Source: a virus. Taken from it: DNA of 57,615 bases. Positions 25,757-34,535 of the stretch are shown in pieces. The position numbers were made by a program, and so were the translations under genes. The notes below the pieces were generated by a model that had not been told where the DNA came from, ran no database searches, and saw only the letters and a program-made list of their open reading frames with translations. Positions within the stretch are counted from its first letter, which is position 1. Every line of letters begins with the position of its first letter. The DNA is taken from the IMG/VR virus record IMGVR_UViG_3300045988_146331, positions 1 through 57,615 of that record. One strand, written 5' to 3'.

Positions 25757-25995
25757 TATTTAACGACACTTTCTAAAACTTCAAGATAAGCGGACATAAT
25801 AACTTCTAAATATTTTGGCGTGTAGTCTTCAAGATTAAATATACTATCTTCTAAAACGTCATCATTTTCAAACCTCCAGCCGTATATCTCATCGTTTTGA
25901 TTTAGTTTTTTAAGATCTTGATATTTTGCCATGTAATTTTTATTTGATTTAACTTTTTTTCTTAAAGCTTGTAATTTTTGGTATTTTTCGCGCAT
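25756..25995 (-). CDS. Hypothetical protein (island gene)
   Basis: ORF track; 1-nt overlap. Confidence 0.55.
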   Translation of the reverse strand: MREKYQKLQALRKKVKSNKNYMAKYQDLKKLNQNDEIYGWRFENDDVLEDSIFNLEDYTPKYLEVIMSAYLEVLESVVK

Positions 25996-25996
25996 A

Positions 25997-26392
25997 TTAT
26001 AGAACCCCCTTATCTACTAAATACTTTTTATATTCTTTTAGTCCTTTGATCGTGTTTGTTTTGAAATCATGCTTTATTTCAAAGAATCTAGATTTTTTAT
26101 ATTTGTTTAGCTCTTCTAAATAATTGGCAATTTTTTTGTCACTTGCATTGTAGAGCGTTTCCGTTTCTTCTACTTCTTGAAAATAACCTTTTAGCCCTCT
26201 ATGTAGACAACGTCTTGTAAAGATAGTTACTCTTCGATAACCTTCTATTTCTTTCTTTTTGTTTTCGATTTGTTGCAATTTTCTTTGGGTTTCTTCAAGT
26301 TGTTTATTTAGCTTATTTAGAGCTTTAAGCTCAACCCATCTTTTGTTGTCTTTTAATTCATTTTTTAAATTTTCTATAGTTTCGTTTTTCAT
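25997..26392 (-). CDS. Coiled-coil hypothetical protein (island gene)
   Basis: ORF track; Lys/Glu-rich heptads. Confidence 0.6.
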   Translation of the reverse strand: MKNETIENLKNELKDNKRWVELKALNKLNKQLEETQRKLQQIENKKKEIEGYRRVTIFTRRCLHRGLKGYFQEVEETETLYNASDKKIANYLEELNKYKKSRFFEIKHDFKTNTIKGLKEYKKYLVDKGVL

Positions 26393-26415
26393 TTTCTTTC
26401 TTCTTTCTTCTTTCT

Positions 26416-26433
26416 ATTTTTTTTTTTTTTTTT
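26416..26433. repeat. T18 homopolymer (A18 on the coding strand), starting inside the TAA stop of 26432..26698
   Basis: Counted directly: t at 26416-26433. Confidence 0.9.
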
Positions 26434-26698
26434 AATTTTCGTTATCAATCAATTGATCTAAGCTTCGATATCCAGTCCTAGCATAGATTACATCGTTTAA
26501 GGTTTCGACTGAATAACCATTAATACATGTTATTAATTCTAATTCCTCTTCAGTTGCAATCTCGCTTTCTACTAGATAATCCCAAATTTTTTCAATTTCA
26601 TTTTCTTTCATTTTTTCTTTTCCTCTTTCCTTATTTTCTAAATATATTTTATCATATATTGTCACATTTATCAACACTTTTTTGTTATTTTTCATCAT
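26432..26698 (-). CDS. Acidic hypothetical protein (island gene)
   Basis: ORF track. Confidence 0.55.
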   Translation of the reverse strand: MMKNNKKVLINVTIYDKIYLENKERGKEKMKENEIEKIWDYLVESEIATEEELELITCINGYSVETLNDVIYARTGYRSLDQLIDNEN

Positions 26699-26867
26699 CT
26701 TTTGTAATATTTGTATAGTTTAATATAATATAACTATTGATTGTTATTAGTACCATTAGACCAATCATGATCGCTAAGTTCTCTGTCGATGCAAATAGTA
26801 CGATGCTGATTGCTAAGATTATTTCTAATAACCTTTCAACCCATTTCTTTAATATCATTTTTATCAT
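26685..26867 (-). CDS. Small membrane protein (first island gene)
   Basis: ORF track; two hydrophobic helices; downstream of promoter 26890-26918. Confidence 0.5.
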   Translation of the reverse strand: MIKMILKKWVERLLEIILAISIVLFASTENLAIMIGLMVLITINSYIILNYTNITKDDEK

Positions 26868-26889
26868 TCCTTTCTTACTTTACAAATAT

Positions 26890-26918
26890 ATTATATCAAA
26901 TCATTATATATTTGTCAA
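26890..26918 (-). promoter_or_regulatory. Consensus promoter TTGACA-17-TATAAT driving the island genes
   Basis: Minus strand reads TTGACAaatatataatgatttgaTATAAT. Confidence 0.8.
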
Positions 26919-26981
26919 CAATTTTTTATTATTTTTATTAAAAATTTAATGCAAATTTTTTACAGTTATTTTGGTAGTTTC

Positions 26982-27053
26982 CCTACTCCAAAACTTCAAA
27001 GGGTGCCCTCTGGGGGTGCACGGGATCCGCCCCCCAGTCGCCAAAGGAGTAGG
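26982..27053. other. GC-rich nested hairpin element in an otherwise AT-rich intergenic region
   Basis: CCTACTCC (26982-26989) pairs with GGAGTAGG (27046-27053); the inner stem is CTGGGGG (27010-27016) / CCCCCAG (27031-27037). Confidence 0.6.
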
Positions 27054-27090
27054 TCTAGCAAAATTTTTATAAAAAATACCTTTTTTCAAC

Positions 27091-27119
27091 TTGACAATCA
27101 CTATCATCTATGTTATACT
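27091..27119 (+). promoter_or_regulatory. Promoter TTGACA-17-TATACT of the large ncRNA/tRNA transcript
   Basis: TTGACAatcactatcatctatgtTATACT. Confidence 0.8.
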
Positions 27120-27125
27120 TATCAA

Positions 27126-27690
27126 GAACCAGTTGACAAATATCAATACAATGATAGCTGGATTTATCATTACCTCTGTAATTAGAGTGCAGATTTTAAT
27201 GGTTAGAGGTGTTACTTTGTGTAAACTAGTAATATAGTATGGAGTGATACGAAAATGATAAAGTGGTGCAATAATAGAGATTAAAAACATCTACAGATCC
27301 GCATGAACTATGAAAGCTAATGTTTTCAGCCTAGAAATAGTAAAGGCATTATGTGAGTAATCTAGTCTTTATACTTCCCTGACAAGAAGAGTAATGGCTA
27401 GACGTCAAGGAAATGTTATGTCGTTGAACCTAGTAATAGGGTATAAGGAGTATGTAGAGTACAAGTAGCGGAAATCGACGTTTTAAGTTTTCAAAAAGGC
27501 AAATGATTTTAAATAATCAAATAAATGTATAAATAATAGGTTCTTATGTCCGTGAAAGTTTGTAGTCATCGTGCTATGCCACAAAAAATCGGCAAGGTAT
27601 ATCCAAGGTCGCTCCTTGGGGAAGAACCTTGTTAGTGGTGGTTGAATATAATTGTTATTATTGCATTAGGGAGAAATCCCCAATTTTATT
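27126..27690 (+). ncRNA. Candidate large (~565 nt) structured non-coding RNA co-transcribed with a tRNA (ROOL/GOLLD-like context)
   Basis: No plausible ORF on the transcribed strand; locally higher GC. Helices: 27172-27177/27205-27210, 27538-27545/27622-27629, 27603-27608/27614-27619. GNRA hairpin GGGA-GAAA-TCCC at 27669-27680. No terminator before the tRNA. Confidence 0.6.
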
Positions 27691-27765
27691 GGCTACATGA
27701 TCCAAAGGTTACGATGCTGGACTGTCTATCCAGAAATTAGAGTTCGATTCTCTATGTGGCCGCCA
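27691..27765 (+). tRNA. tRNA-Asp (anticodon GTC), CCA encoded; unusual U at position 37
   Basis: GGCTACA-TG-ATC..GAT-G-CTGGA-CTGTCTA-TCCAG-AAAT-TAGAG-TTCGATT-CTCTA-TGTGGCC-G-CCA. Confidence 0.75.
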
Positions 27766-27774
27766 TTTTTAAAT

Positions 27775-27803
27775 TTGACAATAATAGGATATTGTGATAT
27801 AAT
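27775..27803 (+). promoter_or_regulatory. Consensus promoter TTGACA-17-TATAAT
   Basis: TTGACAataataggatattgtgaTATAAT. Confidence 0.75.
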
Positions 27804-27809
27804 AATTGG

Positions 27810-27876
27810 GTATATGAAGTATCATATATAACCCATACACATATCCCATTCCCAGGCGAGAAATCGCCTTTTTTTG
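27810..27876 (+). ncRNA. Candidate ~65-nt small RNA (hairpin + terminator)
   Basis: Lies between promoter 27775-27803 and terminator 27854-27876; GGGTATAT...ATATAACCC hairpin; no ORF. Confidence 0.4.
27854..27876 (+). terminator. Intrinsic terminator (GAAA tetraloop)
   Basis: AGGCGAgaaaTCGCCTttttttt. Confidence 0.8.
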
Positions 27877-27899
27877 TTGGTTATATATTTTACATTTTA

Positions 27900-27928
27900 T
27901 TGACATTTGTTTATAGATATGGTACAAT
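27900..27928 (+). promoter_or_regulatory. Promoter TTGACA-17-TACAAT in front of the terL operon
   Basis: TTGACAtttgtttatagatatggTACAAT. The ORF-track start of 27900..28229 is actually the -35 box. Confidence 0.75.
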
Positions 27929-27959
27929 GAGTATAGGTAGGATAACGATAGGAGAAAAT

Positions 27960-28229
27960 ATGTTAGATAAAATAGATTTATTTGGAGAAGATATGTTGTT
28001 TGCGACATTTGATGAATTTTATCAAATGAGAACACATATAAGAGAAAAATTAAACACTGCTACATATGATTATAAACGTGTATATCGTATGTATGTACAT
28101 TCAAGACCATTTATACCTGGCAAGTATATTGGATTTATCTGGGACTATTTAAATGGCTATATGGACGACCCTGGACTTGGACGAGAATTTAGATTGTATC
28201 GTGAGAGTAAGGAGAAAAAGAGAAAATGA
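27960..28229 (+). CDS. Hypothetical protein upstream of terL (start MLDKIDLF)
   Basis: In-frame ATG at 27960 preceded by GGAGAAAAT; 4-nt overlap with terL. Confidence 0.6.
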   Translation: MLDKIDLFGEDMLFATFDEFYQMRTHIREKLNTATYDYKRVYRMYVHSRPFIPGKYIGFIWDYLNGYMDDPGLGREFRLYRESKEKKRK

Positions 28230-29995
28230 TAAATGACACATTACCAGAAGAAACATTAAGATTAATGCAAAAACGTATTGAAGAAGAGCTTGAATTAATT
28301 AAGCAAGCCAAGAATAAATCAACAAAAGCGTATATCTCGGTAATGGACAGTTTAAAATACCATTATGAATATATTGGTGATATTGAAAATGCGAATAAAA
28401 TCGCAATAGAGTTGTTGAATATTCTAGAAAATGGGAAAACCGAGTTAAAAGATAATGAATTAGGTAGTTATTTAGTTAGTTGTTATGATACTAGGGCGAG
28501 AGCTGGGGATTTTGAATCTTTCATGATTGCCTTGGAATGGAATAGGCCAATTGAAAAACAATTTTATTTACCAAGAAGAAAGATATTAAAGAAATTCGGT
28601 GTCGTGCAAGCATTCCAAGATGTTGCAGACGGAAAAGTTGATTTTTTGTGTGTAAATATGCCACCTAGAACTGGAAAATCAACATTAGGATTATTTTTCT
28701 TATTGTTCATGGCTTGTTTATATCCAGAACGTTCAATATTGGGAAATGGTCATAGTGCAAGTTTAACACAATCGTTCTATAATGAGATTTTAAATATGTT
28801 AACGAATGACGAGTATCGTATTTCGGCAATATTCCCTAAAATCAATATTGTTAATAAAAGTAGTGAATATTCATATATTGATTTGAATACTGTCAAGAGA
28901 TTCCATACGTTAATGTTTAAAAGTGTAGATGGTGGTACAACTGGTCTTGCAGAAGCAAGTAACATATTATACTGCGATGACCTTGTAAAAGACGTTGAGA
29001 CAGCGAATAACATAGATAGATTGGATAAACTATTCTATACCTATACAAGTACCATCCAAGATAGAAAAGTTCAAAGAAAGGGCAAAGATGGAGTTTATAG
29101 ACCATGCCCAGAGATACACATTAATACGCCTTGGAGTATCCATGACGTTACAAGTAGATTAATCCAAATTTATGGTGATGACGGGAATAACCCAAGAGTT
29201 AGAATAATTTCAGTGCCTTGCTATGATGAAAATGGGGAAAGCAATTTCATGTATGACTATGGTAAGGGGTTCAGTAAAGAATATTATCATCAGTTGGAAA
29301 TGAGTGAAGATCCTGTTATATTCAGTGCCAAGTATTTAATGAAACCAATTGAACGTGATGGTAGGCCGTTTACGCAAGATCAACTTAGTTTTTATTATGA
29401 AAAACCGGATACTGAACCAGATTGTGTTTGTGCGTATGCGGATGTTGCGCATGGTGGGGAAGATTATTTTTCAATGCCTATTGCGTATGTTTATGGTCAA
29501 GAAGTATACATCGAAGATGTTGTATTCGTTAATAAAATGGGTGATGACGAAACTCGTCCTTTAGTACGTGATAAGATAATCCAGCATCGTGTTACAAGAG
29601 CAGGGTTTGAAGAAAACAATGGTGGTAAACCTTATGCGGATTTGGTTAATATCGACTTGAAAATGAAAAATTATCATGCGAATATTACGACACATAAAGC
29701 ACGTAGTAATCGTAGTAAGCTAGATAGAATAATGTCTCGTCAAAATGACATTAAAGGCGTTGCAACAGAATACGGAACATTTAAAATATATTTTAAAGCG
29801 GAAAGTGTTAGAAAAGATAATAAGCAATATAATGATTTTATGCGTAATCTTTATAATTGGTCGAGTAAGCAAGGAGCGGTTCAAAGAACTCAACATGATG
29901 ATGCACCGGATAGTCTTGCAGGATTACTTACGAATGTGTTAGATAATTATGGTGTCGGTAAGGCAAAAACAATAAATGCAAGCAAATATTTGTAA
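28226..29995 (+). CDS. terL: Terminase large subunit
   Basis: Walker A NMPPRTGKST, Walker B LYCDDL, C-terminal nuclease domain with DDAPDS. Confidence 0.9.
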   Translation: MINDTLPEETLRLMQKRIEEELELIKQAKNKSTKAYISVMDSLKYHYEYIGDIENANKIAIELLNILENGKTELKDNELGSYLVSCYDTRARAGDFESFMIALEWNRPIEKQFYLPRRKILKKFGVVQAFQDVADGKVDFLCVNMPPRTGKSTLGLFFLLFMACLYPERSILGNGHSASLTQSFYNEILNMLTNDEYRISAIFPKINIVNKSSEYSYIDLNTVKRFHTLMFKSVDGGTTGLAEASNILYCDDLVKDVETANNIDRLDKLFYTYTSTIQDRKVQRKGKDGVYRPCPEIHINTPWSIHDVTSRLIQIYGDDGNNPRVRIISVPCYDENGESNFMYDYGKGFSKEYYHQLEMSEDPVIFSAKYLMKPIERDGRPFTQDQLSFYYEKPDTEPDCVCAYADVAHGGEDYFSMPIAYVYGQEVYIEDVVFVNKMGDDETRPLVRDKIIQHRVTRAGFEENNGGKPYADLVNIDLKMKNYHANITTHKARSNRSKLDRIMSRQNDIKGVATEYGTFKIYFKAESVRKDNKQYNDFMRNLYNWSSKQGAVQRTQHDDAPDSLAGLLTNVLDNYGVGKAKTINASKYL

Positions 29996-30007
29996 ATTTA
30001 CATGAAT

Positions 30008-30036
30008 TTGACAACATTCATATTTCATGATATAAT
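30008..30036 (+). promoter_or_regulatory. Consensus promoter TTGACA-17-TGaTATAAT
   Basis: TTGACAacattcatatttcatgaTATAAT. Confidence 0.75.
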
Positions 30037-30059
30037 ATTCGTCGTAAATATGTGTAAAG

Positions 30060-31592
30060 ATGGTGATGAGATTGAACGATGCAAACAAGATTGTATCTAT
30101 GTTAGAACCCGAATTACATCGTGGTCGACAAAAGATAATTCTAGATTATGATTACGTAGATAAGTCTAATGTTTTAGAAGTCTTAAGTAAAGCATTACCA
30201 TATCATGGAAAAAACGCTCAAGATTGTCAGTATTTGATTGATTATTATCTTGGGAAGCAAACCATATTAAATCGTCCAGAGCCAGAGACATCACATATAA
30301 ACAATAAAACAGTTGTGAATCATGCATTCCCTACAACAAGACAAATCACAGGATATACATTAGGCAATCCTGTTGAATTAGTGCAAAAGAATGTTGATAA
30401 AGCGCAAGATGTATCAACCATTGGGGATATTTATGACAATGTTGGGGCGTTTGCTACCGATACCAATACGTTAACATATATGAGTATATGTGGCATAGCA
30501 TATCAAATCACTTTGCCGAGTGAAGATATATCGAAAGATAATATTCCAGATATGCCAATTACTTATAAAGAGTTAGATCCACGTGATACGTTCTGCGTTT
30601 ATTCGTCAAAAATGAATAACAAGAAAATCATGTCATGTAACATTATTCATACTGAGAATGATGGCAAAATTTATATTGTTTATACAGATGATTATGTATT
30701 CACAATAAATGGCACGGATAAGACAATTGACGAAGTAGTTGATAACGTAATAGGTGTGAACCCAATTTCTATGTTTGAAAATTCATTATTTATGACAGGA
30801 GATTGGGAACCAGCAATTAGTGTAATGGACGCTATAAATATTGTAGCTAGTGATTCGTTAAATGACATTGAAAACACTATACGAAGTCTGTTGGTATTAG
30901 TTGGTACGGAACTTGAAGATGACGAAACAAGCTTAAAGACAATCAAGCAAAATAGATTGTTGACTGTGGTAGGTAATCAAGGTGCTAATGCGGATGCAAA
31001 ATTTATCTCGCCAAGTGTTGATAGTGCTAGTTTAGAAGCTATTAGAGAATGGTTGGAAGATAAATTAAGAATTATCACAGGTATTCCAGATAGGCAAACT
31101 GCAAGTGGTGGAGATACTGGTACTGCCGTTTTAAATAGAAATGGCTGGACAGATATTGAAATAGTTGCCAAACTAAAAGAATTATTCTTTAAAAAAGGCA
31201 AAAGAGAACAATTAGATGTTGCGATAAGAATATTAAAATTATTGAATTTAATCAGTCAAGATACAAAAGCAATGGATATTAATATTACAATTGGTAGACA
31301 TACAACAGACAACTTACAATCGAAAGCACAGGCGTTTAGTACATTAGTTGGTACTGGTGAGTTGGCAACAATAGATTGTTTAGAAATGAGTGGGTTAACT
31401 ACTCGTATAAATGAAGTAATTGCGCGTGGTGAACAAGCTAAGGCTGAAAAAGAAGCCCAAGCACTTGTTGAAGCTAGTGTAGAAGCTAGTATGAATAATG
31501 CTAGTGAGAATACGGATACAAACGTTAAGAATGATGGCATGAACGAATACAATAAAAATAAGCAAAAAGTAGATGAAAATGCCACCGCTTAA
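30060..31592 (+). CDS. Portal protein (SPP1 gp6-like)
   Basis: 510 aa directly after terL; acidic/Ala-rich C-terminal tail. Confidence 0.8.
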   Translation: MVMRLNDANKIVSMLEPELHRGRQKIILDYDYVDKSNVLEVLSKALPYHGKNAQDCQYLIDYYLGKQTILNRPEPETSHINNKTVVNHAFPTTRQITGYTLGNPVELVQKNVDKAQDVSTIGDIYDNVGAFATDTNTLTYMSICGIAYQITLPSEDISKDNIPDMPITYKELDPRDTFCVYSSKMNNKKIMSCNIIHTENDGKIYIVYTDDYVFTINGTDKTIDEVVDNVIGVNPISMFENSLFMTGDWEPAISVMDAINIVASDSLNDIENTIRSLLVLVGTELEDDETSLKTIKQNRLLTVVGNQGANADAKFISPSVDSASLEAIREWLEDKLRIITGIPDRQTASGGDTGTAVLNRNGWTDIEIVAKLKELFFKKGKREQLDVAIRILKLLNLISQDTKAMDINITIGRHTTDNLQSKAQAFSTLVGTGELATIDCLEMSGLTTRINEVIARGEQAKAEKEAQALVEASVEASMNNASENTDTNVKNDGMNEYNKNKQKVDENATA

Positions 31593-31687
31593 TGGTGTAT
31601 ATAAATTGGTCTTTTCGAGTTAGACCTTTAAAGAAAGTAGTTGTGTAGGTGAGAGAACACCTTTAAAACGCCACAAAGGAGGATTTT

Positions 31688-32302
31688 ATGAATTTACAAG
31701 AACTTTTAGGAGATTCTTACACAGAAGGTATGACAATCGAACAAATTAATAGTGCATTGCGCACAAAAAAGTTAGTCGATTTAAATCAAGGTGGTTATGT
31801 TGATAAAAATAAATATAACACTGACATTAATAAGCTAAATGCATCATTACATGAAAAAGACGTTGCATTGCAAAACAAATTGACAGATGATGAAAAAAAG
31901 CAAGAAGCTGAACAAGCTAAAGACCAAAGGATACAAGAATTAGAAAATCTTGTAAAGCAACAAGAAACCGAAAACAATAAAAACAAATCTATTGCTACAA
32001 TCAGTGAGGCAAAAACTATTTTAGAGATAAAAGATGGCGATAATGAATATGACGAATTTTTAAATAGTATTGCAAGCACTGGTAGCGAAGATGCAAATAC
32101 AATTGCCCAATATTTCGCCAAAGCTGTAAAGAATGCTTACCAAAAAGGTAAGAACGATGCAACTAAAGATAAACTAGGCGAAATGGGAAAAGTTAAAGGT
32201 AACACTTCTTCTGGAAAAGGAGAAGAAGAAAATTTAGGAACTAAATTAGCGAAGATGAGTATGGTAACACCGACAACTTCCTATTTTGGTAAAATGAAAT
32301 AA
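31688..32302 (+). CDS. Scaffolding protein
   Basis: Highly charged coiled-coil, 204 aa, between the portal and capsid genes. Confidence 0.7.
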   Translation: MNLQELLGDSYTEGMTIEQINSALRTKKLVDLNQGGYVDKNKYNTDINKLNASLHEKDVALQNKLTDDEKKQEAEQAKDQRIQELENLVKQQETENNKNKSIATISEAKTILEIKDGDNEYDEFLNSIASTGSEDANTIAQYFAKAVKNAYQKGKNDATKDKLGEMGKVKGNTSSGKGEEENLGTKLAKMSMVTPTTSYFGKMK

Positions 32303-32322
32303 CATTAGAAAGAGGAGAGTTT

Positions 32323-32712
32323 ATGATCGAAAAGACAAATGTCTACGAAACAAGAAATACCATTTTAATCGGTCAAGAATCGTATTATATTGCATTACCA
32401 GCAAGAGTAACTAATACGGACGTAACTGCTGTAAATGGTAAAAAAATCTTAAAAGCTGGGACACCATTATCCGGTGATATTACTGCTAGAGGAACTGCAA
32501 TGGCAAAAGCTAAAACAACATCTGGTTCATCAAATGCTGTAGCTATACTATTACATGACGTTGATGTAACTGCTGGAGCAAATAATGCTACAATTCTATT
32601 AGCTGGTTGTGTAGATCTATTAAAATTAGATTCATCAGTTGTAACATTAATTGACGATGCAGCAAAAACTGCATTAAAGAATATTATATTCGTGAAGGGA
32701 AGTGCAATCTAG
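32323..32712 (+). CDS. Head decoration protein-like
   Basis: Position just upstream of the gpE-like capsid gene; AILLHDVDVTAG...ATILLAGCV pattern. Confidence 0.55.
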   Translation: MIEKTNVYETRNTILIGQESYYIALPARVTNTDVTAVNGKKILKAGTPLSGDITARGTAMAKAKTTSGSSNAVAILLHDVDVTAGANNATILLAGCVDLLKLDSSVVTLIDDAAKTALKNIIFVKGSAI

Positions 32713-32715
32713 TAT

Positions 32716-33759
32716 ATGAAAACATCTTTATTTGATTTTTTATCCGCAAGTAATATAGTTGCTTATTGGATTGAAAAAAATGTAAACACTCAACCATATC
32801 TTGGTGAAACTTTATTCCCTAACAAAAAGGAAATAGGTATCAACATTGAGTGGATCAAGGGCGCATACGATCAACCAATTGAATTAAAACTAAGTGCATA
32901 CGATAGTAAATCTACTCGTAGAAATAGACCAGGCTTAGAGAAATTCATTACAGAAATGCCATTTTTCAAAGAATCAATGTATGTTGATGAAAAAATGCGT
33001 CAACAATTGAATACATTAATGCAAACTAACAACCAAGCATTAATTAATCAAATACTTAGTAAAATATTTGATGACCAAATTACTTTAATTAACGCTGCTA
33101 GAATTTCATTAGAAAGAATGAGAATGGAAGTGTTAACTACTGGTAAACTAGAACTAGAAAGCAATGGTCAAAAGTATTCATATGATTATGGTCTAGAAGA
33201 AAATCAAATTAAGACAGTTACTACTGACTGGGGAAATCCAACAACTGACATCATTAATGATTTAATAGAGTTCAAAGAACTTATGAAATCAAAAGGTGTT
33301 ACAATTACAAGAGGTGTTTGTAATAGTTCTGTAGCTAAAGACATAAGAAAGAACGAAGGTATTAAAAATTCTATTTATGTATTAGCAGGTGGATCTATTA
33401 AGAGTATTTCAACTGAAAGAGCATTACAATACATTTATGACGAAACTGGTATTGAAATTTATGTTTACGATAATGTTTACGTAAATGATGAAAATAAAGC
33501 CGTTAAATATATTGCTGATGACACATTAGTATTGTTACCAGATGGTGTATTAGGTGCTACACATTTAGGTACGACACCAGAAGAAAGTGATTTAATTAGT
33601 TCTAATTATGCAAATGTTGCAATAGTAGACACAGGTATTGCTGTAACAACTTATGGTACAACGGATCCTGTAAATGTAGAGGAGAAAGTATCAATGGTTG
33701 GTTTACCATCATTTGAACGTGCTAACGAGATAATGATTATTGATACTAACGGCGTATAA
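32716..33759 (+). CDS. Major capsid protein (lambda gpE-like family)
   Basis: 347 aa; the N-terminus (SLFDFLSASNIVAYW...PYLGETLFP) is typical of capsid protein E-family members; module position. Confidence 0.75.
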   Translation: MKTSLFDFLSASNIVAYWIEKNVNTQPYLGETLFPNKKEIGINIEWIKGAYDQPIELKLSAYDSKSTRRNRPGLEKFITEMPFFKESMYVDEKMRQQLNTLMQTNNQALINQILSKIFDDQITLINAARISLERMRMEVLTTGKLELESNGQKYSYDYGLEENQIKTVTTDWGNPTTDIINDLIEFKELMKSKGVTITRGVCNSSVAKDIRKNEGIKNSIYVLAGGSIKSISTERALQYIYDETGIEIYVYDNVYVNDENKAVKYIADDTLVLLPDGVLGATHLGTTPEESDLISSNYANVAIVDTGIAVTTYGTTDPVNVEEKVSMVGLPSFERANEIMIIDTNGV

Positions 33760-33761
33760 TA

Positions 33762-33947
33762 ATGCGTATAACAGACCCAAAAAAAACAAAAGAAATAGTT
33801 GTAACAAGAGGTGTCTATGAAAATCTATATAAGGATAGAGGGTATACAATTGTATCGCCCTCTAAACCTAAAGTAGATTTCCAAGAAGCTACTATTATAA
33901 CCGATACGATAAAAAAGGAACAAATTAAATCAGATTTAAAAAAGTAG
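33762..33947 (+). CDS. Hypothetical head-module protein
   Basis: ORF track. Confidence 0.5.
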   Translation: MRITDPKKTKEIVVTRGVYENLYKDRGYTIVSPSKPKVDFQEATIITDTIKKEQIKSDLKK

Positions 33948-33955
33948 GTGAAAGT

Positions 33956-34198
33956 ATGATATATAAAATTGATAATAAATATTTTGTACGAGTTCAAGGA
34001 TATTTCAAAGAAATTGAAATAGAATTTGATGCGTATGATAACCCAAGCATTAAGATTAAACCAAATGGGAAAAAATTAGAAGTTAATAATGTCAATACTT
34101 GGCTTACTGTTAATTTAGAATATATTAAAGCTAATAAAAAAAGTGAAACAATATCAAACGACGACAAAAAGACTTATAGAAATTATACAAATAGATAG
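33956..34198 (+). CDS. Hypothetical head-module protein
   Basis: ORF track. Confidence 0.5.
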   Translation: MIYKIDNKYFVRVQGYFKEIEIEFDAYDNPSIKIKPNGKKLEVNNVNTWLTVNLEYIKANKKSETISNDDKKTYRNYTNR

Positions 34199-34209
34199 TA
34201 GGTGAGGTT

Positions 34210-34533
34210 ATGACAAATACAACTTTAGTGGCAAAACTAAAAGACCAACTAACATTTAGAGAAATTGTAATGCCACCAGATTCTGTATTAGAACAAGAAA
34301 TCGACAAAGCTATTGGCGTAATAAACGATAGAAGAAACTTCAAGCCCACTACTGATAAACCTTATGATAAAAAATATGAGCATTTAATCGTCCCATTATG
34401 CGTATTTGCCTTATCAAAAGTTGGTGTTGAAGGCGAAACATCACATAGTGAAAATGGTGTTCAAAGAATATATGCTGGGGATGGCGATTATCCCCAAGAT
34501 ATTCTAAATGGTATTATACCTTTAGCGAGGTAA
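34210..34533 (+). CDS. Head-tail connector/adaptor (positional call)
   Basis: Size and position between the capsid and tail genes. Confidence 0.5.
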   Translation: MTNTTLVAKLKDQLTFREIVMPPDSVLEQEIDKAIGVINDRRNFKPTTDKPYDKKYEHLIVPLCVFALSKVGVEGETSHSENGVQRIYAGDGDYPQDILNGIIPLAR

Positions 34534-34535
34534 AC

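Noticed and set aside
1144-27030. GGATCC (BamHI) sites in the polymerase 10-nt insertion (about 1143-1148) and in the GC-rich hairpin (about 27023-27028), considered as signs of engineering
   Set aside because: A few GGATCC sites are expected by chance in a genome of this size and composition. No vector-like sequence flanks them.
26949-27185. 78-aa plus-strand ORF (MQIFYSYFGSFPTPKLQRVPSGGARDPPPS...)
   Set aside because: It spans the GC-rich hairpin element and the 27091-27119 promoter, so it would begin upstream of the transcription start. It has no RBS. It is better explained as non-coding.
27769-28035. 88-aa minus-strand ORF
   Set aside because: It runs antisense across two plus-strand promoters and a terminator and into a plus-strand gene. 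Its composition is typical of AT-rich noise.
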